This document shows, piece by piece, positions 41,601-48,552 of a DNA stretch of 64,000 nt. Each line of letters opens with the position of its first letter. Position 1 is the stretch's first letter. A model generated the notes under the pieces. That model was given only the letters and a program-made list of their open reading frames with translations, was not told where the DNA came from and did not search any database. The translations under genes and the position numbers were made by a program. Source of the stretch: Leptolyngbyaceae cyanobacterium (lineage in GTDB: Bacteria; Cyanobacteriota; Cyanobacteriia; Phormidesmidales; Phormidesmidaceae); assembly GCA_965263355.1 (NCBI GenBank), contig CBDHHL010000032.1:512001-576000 (forward strand). The letters are read 5' to 3'.

Positions 41601-43166
41601 CTTGTTGTATTTCAGTGCCAGGGAAATTTCCTTCGCACAGTAGGGCGAGTTAATGGAGTGAGGGCTGATGATAAATATAAAATTGTGGCTTTTTTCGATG
41701 CCGTCATTGATTTGTGCCTGGAAGTCTACGCCTAGGGGAATATCATTTTGATCAAACCAGACCTGAAACCCGTGGCGATTGAGCTGTTGACACAGATCAG
41801 TGGCAAAGGCTTTACTATCGATGCGACCATAGGAAATAAAAGCATCATAGAACTGATTAATACCTTGACTGGCCTGGATATAGGCGGTGTGCAAATCGGT
41901 GGGAGAACTGCCCGATGGACTGGGTTCCGATAGCCAGGCTTGGGCCATGGCAAAGGCATCGGACCTGAGTAAAAACTTGCGATCGCGATCCTGACGTTCC
42001 CAGGCCAATGCCTTTACCAACAGACGTTTATGTTGGTCCACATAGTCTGCCGAGGTCCTGAGAGTGCGAATAAGCTTATCTATAGCCTGATCAAAGTGAC
42101 TATCAGACGCTAGGGACGAAAAATCAATAAACTGCAACGCGCGCAAGTCGGTGGGCAATGTTGCCATATCCATGGACTGCACCAGCAGTGGAATGATCCG
42201 CTTATGGTAGCGACGAGCATAGGCGCATTCCTGTTGACAATAGCTTGACGCTAACGCATTAGGAGACAGCAATAAAACAATATTGTCGGTTTTTTCAATA
42301 CCCCGATTGATAGCGACCTGAAAGTCTTCAGCGGTGGGAATGTCTACGGTATTTACCCAAACCGTTACCCCCTCACGCATCATGCGCTTACGGACCTTCT
42401 CCTGAATGGCCATATCCTCTTTACTGTAGGATATAAAAACTTGAGTCATCTGGTCATTGGCAGCCTTCAGACTTTCCGTAATAAATTCGCACTGTAAGTC
42501 AGTGGGGATACAGGGCGGTTGTTTGTCTTTAAAGCGAATGTTTAACCATTGTGCTGCCTTCGCCAATTTCTCAGTATCTGTTAACAAATAGTTGGCCTGA
42601 CGCTGCTGACGCTGCCAGCTGAGAGATTGTAGCAACAGCTGTGTATGTTGGTGCACATAGGGGTGATATTGGGTCAGCATGGTTTGTAATCCAGCCATGC
42701 CTGTCTCAAAGTTATCTATCCCCTCACGCAAGTACACCCAGTCAATTTTTCGAATCTCAGGGTGCATATTGGGAAAACTGCTGTGCATTCCCTTTTCTTG
42801 GAGGGCATGCCAGTCGCCTGTATCGGCATCCGGAGTAAGCTGTTGCCAGGTTTCGTAGCTGATTTCCTCAATATGCAACAGTGGAATAATGCGCTTACTA
42901 TGGGTCAGCGCTAGCTCGATTTCCCGAGTACAGTAAGGGGAATTAACAGAATAGGGAGAAATAATAAAGAGAAAATTATCTGCATTCTCAATGGCATCCT
43001 CAATCTGATTTTGATACCCCATCCCCTGAGGACTATGCTCAAAATCAACCCAGACCTCTAACCCTGCCTCAACGAGGTGATCATAGATCTGCTTGGTAAA
43101 CAAACGGCTGTCTGTCCTGCCATAAGAAATAAAGACATCCTGCAGAAAAGAAGGAGGGGGTGTCAT
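38682..43166 (-). CDS. Five-TIR-domain / CHASE2 membrane protein
   Basis: TIR starts DVFISYGR, QVFISYSK, DAFISYGR, QVFISCAE and GVFFIHH. These are followed by a TM, CHASE2 (IGLDFFRD, DGGNIVRR, RDRIVLIG, PGVYVHG) and three C-terminal TMs. Confidence 0.9.
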   Translation of the reverse strand: MTPPPSFLQDVFISYGRTDSRLFTKQIYDHLVEAGLEVWVDFEHSPQGMGYQNQIEDAIENADNFLFIISPYSVNSPYCTREIELALTHSKRIIPLLHIEEISYETWQQLTPDADTGDWHALQEKGMHSSFPNMHPEIRKIDWVYLREGIDNFETGMAGLQTMLTQYHPYVHQHTQLLLQSLSWQRQQRQANYLLTDTEKLAKAAQWLNIRFKDKQPPCIPTDLQCEFITESLKAANDQMTQVFISYSKEDMAIQEKVRKRMMREGVTVWVNTVDIPTAEDFQVAINRGIEKTDNIVLLLSPNALASSYCQQECAYARRYHKRIIPLLVQSMDMATLPTDLRALQFIDFSSLASDSHFDQAIDKLIRTLRTSADYVDQHKRLLVKALAWERQDRDRKFLLRSDAFAMAQAWLSEPSPSGSSPTDLHTAYIQASQGINQFYDAFISYGRIDSKAFATDLCQQLNRHGFQVWFDQNDIPLGVDFQAQINDGIEKSHNFIFIISPHSINSPYCAKEISLALKYNKRIIPILQVEEIGYSTWKARNPSDSPDHWKIYKAKGKHSSFPNMPPDIGRINWINARPGIDDLDTAINGLIELCHRHEDYVHQHTELLISALAWERHQRQATYLLMGEERLRAQTWLQTEFTKEQLPCKPNLVQAEFITESIKAADGGMTQVFISCAEEDLTTKEIVRYHLLQAGVTVWTSTVDIRMGEDFEVAIQRGLEEADNVVYLISQASLASVYCQQEIDQALDLNKRVIPMLVEDVNLALIPETIRKIQFINLTDNQASIDLEKDMAELLQAIQREASYHNQHKRLLVRALKWERQQQNPSLLLQRQIQDTYLAWAQTAKNRQPNGALPLQLAFLDASQRQSPDQTLGVFFIHHIDDYDFSHRLNETLLVQGKSAWLSPDGSAGETDRLDDTHLLIDNAETVLFILSPSAVRCQACLDQLAYARSQQKRILPVIYRAVVKSTLPEGIESLPWSDFRRHDGDFLVNFGELFRTLESDPHHVRSHTRLLVKAAEWDAAQRDESFLLRGNDLAESVRWLEQAQDKTPSVTALQKAYIQASQALPFKKIKARSVALATVVSALAVSVIRLLGGFQPLETRAYDQFLRWRPNETEQDERLLIVKVDFPSGEWLRQQMIDGRYTPGIGTIPENALSEAIRVLNRHDARLIGLDFFRDFPAKGALANDLAWMDNLFGICQTADKQANEQVGDIGNEMPETRVGFANFLQDGGNIVRRHYLTQQVSGDSSCLTEESFSLLLAKTYLETEGITYENTSDAETVGVISFNTVVVPNIDSNGTAYSAMTENLGWSSWIDYQTLINFRTYDDPESQGRGSRLKDFAQQVSLEAVIQDKVDPALIRDRIVLIGYTDFSDRNSDDFNTPYGDSIPGVYVHGQMISQLINAALEERPLIRWWSFVEESGWILLWSGVGGLIFWRCVRLRPLLLASAGSIGVLTIACYGSMVWSAIWIPWVPALMAWGLTGGAVGYMTYRYRSV

Positions 43167-43209
43167 AAATATTAGATGCCTACTAAGGGCCTAGACTGGA
43201 TAATGAGGC

Positions 43210-44403
43210 TCAGAAACCATAGCTCCAACGGGCACGATATCCCCGTGCATCGATATGGGTAAAGACGGATGCGCTTGCCAGTCCGCCGCGATCTCGCCAC
43301 CAAGGTTCTAACTTCCGGTTTACGTCCGGTGGAGAAACACCCTGAACGACAAAATCAACCGCATCTCCAGAAAGATGACGAGAACGACTAGCGCCACCTG
43401 CTCGACGGTTTGAAGCGGGATCACGATACCAGGAGTTAACCGTAATGGGACGTCCTCCCAAATAATCCCGTACTTCTTCCATAACCTCGGCAATTTTGAT
43501 AATACCGTCGACTACAGTGTCATCCACAGGAATACGATTGCCATTTTTTGTTGCTTCGGCCCAGCTAAAGTGACCATCCGTCAGGATCGGATCGCCTAGA
43601 TAAACCGTCCCTAGTTTGGGGACGGTAATGGATCGACCGCGATCCCGTTCAGCGATCTTCGTTTCTGGTTCAACCGGCGGGTCCTGGGGCTTGTTGTCAG
43701 CGTCCGTACCCTCTAACTGAATATGCTGGGCAAAAACATACCAATCAACGCGATCATTTTGCCCCATCAGCATCCCGTCGGGGATCCGGACTTTTACATG
43801 GTTTGACTTGTCCGGTTCATCACTGAGTAACTGCAACCGCGTACCTGCACTGACTAATATTTTGTCAGTGTCCGCCAGTTGAAAGCTCTGTTTTGGACTC
43901 ACCTTAAATAAGGTATCTGCCAATACAAGCATCTCGGTGGACCCTTTGGGATTACCGAGATCAATCAACTGCTGCGACTGCATATAGCGCATAATAGCTG
44001 CCGCACCGATGCGAGGCGTTTTTGGCTTGGCTATGTTAGTGCCCCCCCAAACCCAAGTAGACGCTTGCCCAGCACCGTCTCTAAACCCGTGCCATAGGTC
44101 AACGCCCCACAACAGCGCCCCTAGGGTGCGGGTCTTCGCCTGATGGAATTTTTTGGCAATCAGAGCATCGATTACCTGACGTTCAAACTGAGCGGGCTCA
44201 CGAAAGTTCCACTCGCTATAGTGCAAAATTCCCACAAACCACCAGGGCACACTAGTGGCTTTTTCCACAGCTTCGTAGTGCGATCGCAATTGCACCATGC
44301 GACCCACAATTCCCCTCACGGTAGGCTCCGCATCTGGCAGCAGCTCACAACCCTCAAATGCTGACTTATACTCTGGCTCAAGTTTTTTTAGAGTCAAATC
44401 CAT
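43210..44403 (-). CDS. Peptidase M15 (Zn D-Ala-D-Ala carboxypeptidase-like) with N-terminal lysozyme-like region
   Basis: C-terminal SWYRDP..NR..GGASRSRHLSGDAVDF...FTHIDARG. N-terminal YEAVEKATSVPWWFVGILHYSE resembles lysozyme-family proteins. Confidence 0.85.
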   Translation of the reverse strand: MDLTLKKLEPEYKSAFEGCELLPDAEPTVRGIVGRMVQLRSHYEAVEKATSVPWWFVGILHYSEWNFREPAQFERQVIDALIAKKFHQAKTRTLGALLWGVDLWHGFRDGAGQASTWVWGGTNIAKPKTPRIGAAAIMRYMQSQQLIDLGNPKGSTEMLVLADTLFKVSPKQSFQLADTDKILVSAGTRLQLLSDEPDKSNHVKVRIPDGMLMGQNDRVDWYVFAQHIQLEGTDADNKPQDPPVEPETKIAERDRGRSITVPKLGTVYLGDPILTDGHFSWAEATKNGNRIPVDDTVVDGIIKIAEVMEEVRDYLGGRPITVNSWYRDPASNRRAGGASRSRHLSGDAVDFVVQGVSPPDVNRKLEPWWRDRGGLASASVFTHIDARGYRARWSYGF

Positions 44404-44807
44404 GGAGCTAGTAGATGAAACAACAGAGATAAATAGCAGCCAAGAGAACTTAAATAGAATCCACAGGAGGTGCTACAAGCAATAAGCAATTGAATACCAG
44501 CAATCTCACTGACAACAACCAACGCTAAGACTCATTTAATTACCTACATCAGCCCATACCTTTAGCAATAGTTACAAAGCCTAGCCAATGCAATGAACCG
44601 ATAACATTTATAGAAAATTTATGCTAGCTCAAATAATAATGAAGAATTTATACTTTAGCGATGGTGCCCAGATAAAACCAACAAGATAAATTGTTCGTAA
44701 GTTAATTTTTATAAATCTAAGAGTTAGTTTACAAAGCTAAAGCGTGTACCTTTGAGTTGCGTTTTAGCTAAAAAGCTTGTCCTTGACTCGCATCTAATCA
44801 AAATAAA

Positions 44808-46337
44808 ATGGCCAAGAAAAGTTCTTACAACGATTATCTTAAGCAAACCCTAGGAGGGTTAATTGATAGGCTTGATATTTCAGAGTTACGTAAGGAATTT
44901 CTCAAAAATCGCTGGCTAGATCAGGTGATGTGGCTAGAAGGAAAGGCCACTAAAGAGCGGGATAGACACTACAAGCTGCGTTTGGTAACTATCATTGGCG
45001 GTGTGATTGTTCCAGTCATGGTAGGCCTAAACCTTGAAGGTCCGCTCGAAAAGCAGCTTAAGTATGCCGCCCTTGGGCTAAGTACAATAGTGGCTATTTC
45101 CGCTGCTGTCGAAGAATTCTTTTTGCCGAGTGAGAAGTACCGCAATTATCGTAGTACGGCAGAAAGCATGAAAATTGAGGGTTGGCAGTTTATGCAATTG
45201 GCAGGCCCTTATCGTAAATTCAAGGTTCATTCAGACGCCTATAAGATATTTGCCCAACGGGTTGAAGCCTATATTCAAAAAGATGTAGAAGGGTTCATTG
45301 CCCGTTTAGAAGAGAAACAGGAGGAAAGTAAGGAGGACGCTGATGAGGCGGCCAATAACGTTGAACAGACCCTTATGAGTCTCAATCAACAGTTAGAGGA
45401 AGAACGGGCGCAGCGTTTGGAGTTAGAGCGTGCACGTTTGGCTGAACAACAAGCTAGCAGTCCATCACCGACCCTGGATGATGGAGGTGGTTATTCTGGT
45501 TCCCTGATGGATATTCAGATGCCTCCATCTACTGATGAGGGAGATTTTGAGGAAAGCTTACCCCAGGAAAGCCGCCTGACTGAACCGTTGGCTGGTGTGC
45601 AGTCCCTGATGTCATCACAACCAACGGCTAGCCGAACCCGTGAAGTTTCCAGTAGAACAATTAAGACATCTAGTAGCCTCCCTCCCTTAGGTCAATATGC
45701 CCTGGAATGGGAGGAAACGGTTGACTTTAACGCGCTAAAAACAATTTTGACTGAGCAGAATAGTACTGGCACCCAGACCAATGGAGGGGCTAGTGGCGCT
45801 GAACCTCAGTTAACTACACCTGATGAAGTTTCTCAAATCTTGGAATGTCCGTTAGAAGACTGCAAAGTCTATCTGCCAGGCGTTTTACTGGCGATGCAAA
45901 AGTACGACATCTATGACAAGTCCGTATTGATTGGTCTATTAGCCACCATTCGCATTGAGACTGGCGGTTTCAAACCGGTCCATGAATGGGGAGGAGAAAG
46001 CTACTGGAAACGCTACGAAGATCGAGCAGATTTGGGTAATGTTAACCCTGGTGATGGCGTGAAATACCATGGCCGTGGCTACATTCAGCTTACAGGACGG
46101 GCTAATTACCATGACTATGGTAAGAAGCTGGGTGTGGATCTTGAAAATAATCCAGATTTAGCCATGGATCCTGAAATATCAGCTCAAGTTCTGGCCTGCT
46201 ACTTCAAAGAGCGTGGTGTGGCAACGGCGGCCCGTGAAAACGATTGGCGACGCGTACGCAAGTTAGTTAATGGTGGTTACCACGGCTGGGATGTGTTTTC
46301 AAGATATGTTGAGCGGGCTCAGGCTCGATTGGCATAA
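44808..46337 (+). CDS. SLATT (DUF4231) 2TM domain fused to a GH19 lysozyme/chitinase domain
   Basis: N-terminal RWLDQV.W...TM...TM...YRSTAESMKIEGWQFMQLAGPY. Coiled coil and low-complexity linker. C-terminal IETGG..VHE, YHGRGYIQLTGRANY, VNGG. Confidence 0.85.
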   Translation: MAKKSSYNDYLKQTLGGLIDRLDISELRKEFLKNRWLDQVMWLEGKATKERDRHYKLRLVTIIGGVIVPVMVGLNLEGPLEKQLKYAALGLSTIVAISAAVEEFFLPSEKYRNYRSTAESMKIEGWQFMQLAGPYRKFKVHSDAYKIFAQRVEAYIQKDVEGFIARLEEKQEESKEDADEAANNVEQTLMSLNQQLEEERAQRLELERARLAEQQASSPSPTLDDGGGYSGSLMDIQMPPSTDEGDFEESLPQESRLTEPLAGVQSLMSSQPTASRTREVSSRTIKTSSSLPPLGQYALEWEETVDFNALKTILTEQNSTGTQTNGGASGAEPQLTTPDEVSQILECPLEDCKVYLPGVLLAMQKYDIYDKSVLIGLLATIRIETGGFKPVHEWGGESYWKRYEDRADLGNVNPGDGVKYHGRGYIQLTGRANYHDYGKKLGVDLENNPDLAMDPEISAQVLACYFKERGVATAARENDWRRVRKLVNGGYHGWDVFSRYVERAQARLA

Positions 46338-46662
46338 ACTTGACATAAATCCAAGAAGATGTTATTAGCCAAGATGTTACGAGGCCCGAGTTTGATTGCA
46401 TCAATAACTAATGCTCTAAAGGCAACGATAGATTATTAGTCAAATGCGAGCCAGGCATAGCAACTGCATAGTGCTTGTGGTGCTTGTAACGGTATTGGAT
46501 TCTATGATTTTGTGCGTATACTTTGTTCACACCCCTAACTAAAATTAGATCGCTTTATCTATAAATTTGGACGGATTCTACAGGATAAGGGTATTTTGGG
46601 GTGTAAGTAAGTTAAACAATCCACCCAGACCTGTCGGTCACCTTTGTTAAGAGAGATACGAA

Positions 46663-47454
46663 ATGCCCAAAACTTCAGCTGACGAACTTGTTGAACATAG
46701 GTTTTCTAATGGGCAGCTGGCCAAAATACTCAAGGTGGCTGACAGTACTGGTTATAAAAAAGCATTATCAATTGTTGGCTTACAGGGGCCGACACCTACA
46801 TTGTTGGTGATTGGTGGAGCTAGCAATATGACGCCTGAAAGTCAGGCAAAGCTAATTCAATTCTTTAATAATGCATTAGCAATCTTGTCAGAAAGATTAG
46901 GGATTACCGTATTAGACGGTGGCACTGATGCTGGGGTGATCCATATGATGGGGCAAGCGCGTTATCACGTCAGCGGTCAGTTTAATCTTGTTGGAGTTGC
47001 CCCGCTAAATAGGGTTATTTTTCCAGTTGATGAGATGCCTTTACCAGCCTCGGATGATGAAAACTATCCTCCAGTAGAATTGGAACCCCATCACACCCAC
47101 TTTTTTCTAGTTCCTGGTGAAAACTGGGGTAGTGAGTCGCGATGGCTAGCAAGATTTTCGTCAGTTTTGGCCGGACATTTTCCCTCCATGACTTTACTAA
47201 TTAATGGAGGTCAGGTATCTCTCAAGGACTTGAAGCTCAATTTAGAGTTTGGTAGGCAAGTTACGATCATCGCTGGCAGTGGTCGTTTAGCAGATGCGGT
47301 GGCCGATACTATTAGCGGTGTAGCCCCCTCTGAAGATAAAACGATCCAGCATTTAGTAAACACCTATTATCCCAGCCAGTTGTCGGTCTTTAATCTCCTA
47401 TCAAGTTCATTAGATGACTTAAAGGCTCAATTGGACATCTATTTTGATTGCTAA
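46663..47454 (+). CDS. SLOG superfamily protein, TRPM-like (LSDAT) type
   Basis: VIGGA, VLDGGTDAGVIHMMG, LEPHHTHFFLVPG..WGSE, INGG, AGSGRLAD motifs. Confidence 0.85.
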   Translation: MPKTSADELVEHRFSNGQLAKILKVADSTGYKKALSIVGLQGPTPTLLVIGGASNMTPESQAKLIQFFNNALAILSERLGITVLDGGTDAGVIHMMGQARYHVSGQFNLVGVAPLNRVIFPVDEMPLPASDDENYPPVELEPHHTHFFLVPGENWGSESRWLARFSSVLAGHFPSMTLLINGGQVSLKDLKLNLEFGRQVTIIAGSGRLADAVADTISGVAPSEDKTIQHLVNTYYPSQLSVFNLLSSSLDDLKAQLDIYFDC

Positions 47455-47735
47455 TGGTTAGCAGATGGCTAGAGATTGCAGCCATTGGCAAATCTAGCTG
47501 GTTTAGCAATAGCATTCTCTGCCAGGGGAGCAGCAGTAATTGTTAAGAATTAGAATCAGCAATTGGCAAGGTATGCTAAAGTTCTATGGCAATGAATTGC
47601 TAAGCTTAGTGACAATCAGTTTTCGGTACGATACGCTCACAGTTCAACTCGACCAGTTCAACTCGACTTCGATTTGATTACTAGAGGAGGGATCTCCCGT
47701 ATAACTCGTCGCATATTTAATCTAGGAGATTCTCT

Positions 47736-48008
47736 ATGTCCATTTATGTTGGAAATCTGTCCTATGATGCTACTCAGGAAGACATTAATGCTGTCTTTAC
47801 TGAGTATGGAGCAGTCCAGCGTGTCCATCTACCGACGGATCGTGAAACCGGTCGTCCCCGTGGTTTTGCCTTTGTAGAGATGTCTTCGGAAGATGAAGAG
47901 ACCGCTGCCATTGAGGCACTGGATGGTGCAGAGTGGATGGGTAGGGATCTACGGGTTAACAAGGCGCGCCCTCGTGAGCAGCGTGGCGGCGGTGGCGGTC
48001 GTTTTTAA
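47736..48008 (+). CDS. rbp: RRM RNA-binding protein (cyanobacterial Rbp, Gly-rich tail)
   Basis: IYVGNL (RNP2), RGFAFVEM (RNP1), SD AGGAG. Confidence 0.96.
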   Translation: MSIYVGNLSYDATQEDINAVFTEYGAVQRVHLPTDRETGRPRGFAFVEMSSEDEETAAIEALDGAEWMGRDLRVNKARPREQRGGGGGRF

Positions 48009-48108
48009 TTAAGAGTTCTGCCTAATTGGGGTTGTGTGCTTTGCACTTAGCTCTGGTCTATCATGGGGCAGTTGGTCTGCCCCATTTTTGTCGTTAAAGG
48101 AGATTACT

Positions 48109-48327
48109 ATGGCCCAGGTTATCCTTGGGGATGATGAAGGTATTGAGTCAGCGCTGCGAAGATTTAAGCGGAAGGTTGTACAAGCGGGCATTTTTTCAGA
48201 TATGAAAAAGCACCGCTATTTTGAGACACCTGCTGAGAAGCTAAAGCGCAAGGCGATCGCAAAGCATCGTCAAAAGCGTTGGAGCCGTAATCGCAGTAAC
48301 CGCAATAACAACAATAAAGACGGATAA
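48109..48327 (+). CDS. rpsU: 30S ribosomal protein S21
   Basis: [23 protein letters not shown]...RYFETP. SD AAGGAG before the ATG at 48109. Confidence 0.95.
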   Translation: MAQVILGDDEGIESALRRFKRKVVQAGIFSDMKKHRYFETPAEKLKRKAIAKHRQKRWSRNRSNRNNNNKDG

Positions 48328-48372
48328 GGCTGACTAAACCTTCACAGGTTAGGGCTGACTAAACCTTCACAG
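48328..48372. repeat. 20-bp direct repeat, two copies
   Basis: ggctgactaaaccttcacag at 48328-48347 and 48353-48372. Confidence 0.85.
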
Positions 48373-48503
48373 ATATAGACATGTCCATCGTGACTGTTTT
48401 GCTTTGGAAGAAAATCAAGAAAAAATTATTGGTTTCAGTTTTGGTGTGGTTTAACTTTCCGGTTCTACCATCTTAATTGAAGTAATAGTCGCAATAATGA
48501 TAC

Positions 48504-48531
48504 ACGACCTGTTTAACATTAAACAGGTCGT
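48504..48531. terminator. Terminator hairpin between convergent rpsU and carB
   Basis: acgacctgtttaa-ca-ttaaacaggtcgt, followed by tttt. Confidence 0.75.
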
Positions 48532-48552
48532 TTTCTCTGCTATACGATTTTA

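Noticed and set aside
43210..46337. Prophage lysis cassette
   Set aside because: No integrase, terminase, capsid, tail or att site nearby. The hydrolases are fused or linked to SLATT/SLOG/TIR genes instead.
48034..48108. N-terminal extension of rpsU in the ORF track
   Set aside because: The real start is the ATG at 48109 with an AAGGAG SD. The upstream part contains an intergenic hairpin (48063-48085).
48328..48372. Possible mini-CRISPR
   Set aside because: Only two 20-bp repeats with a 5-bp gap, no spacers and no cas genes.
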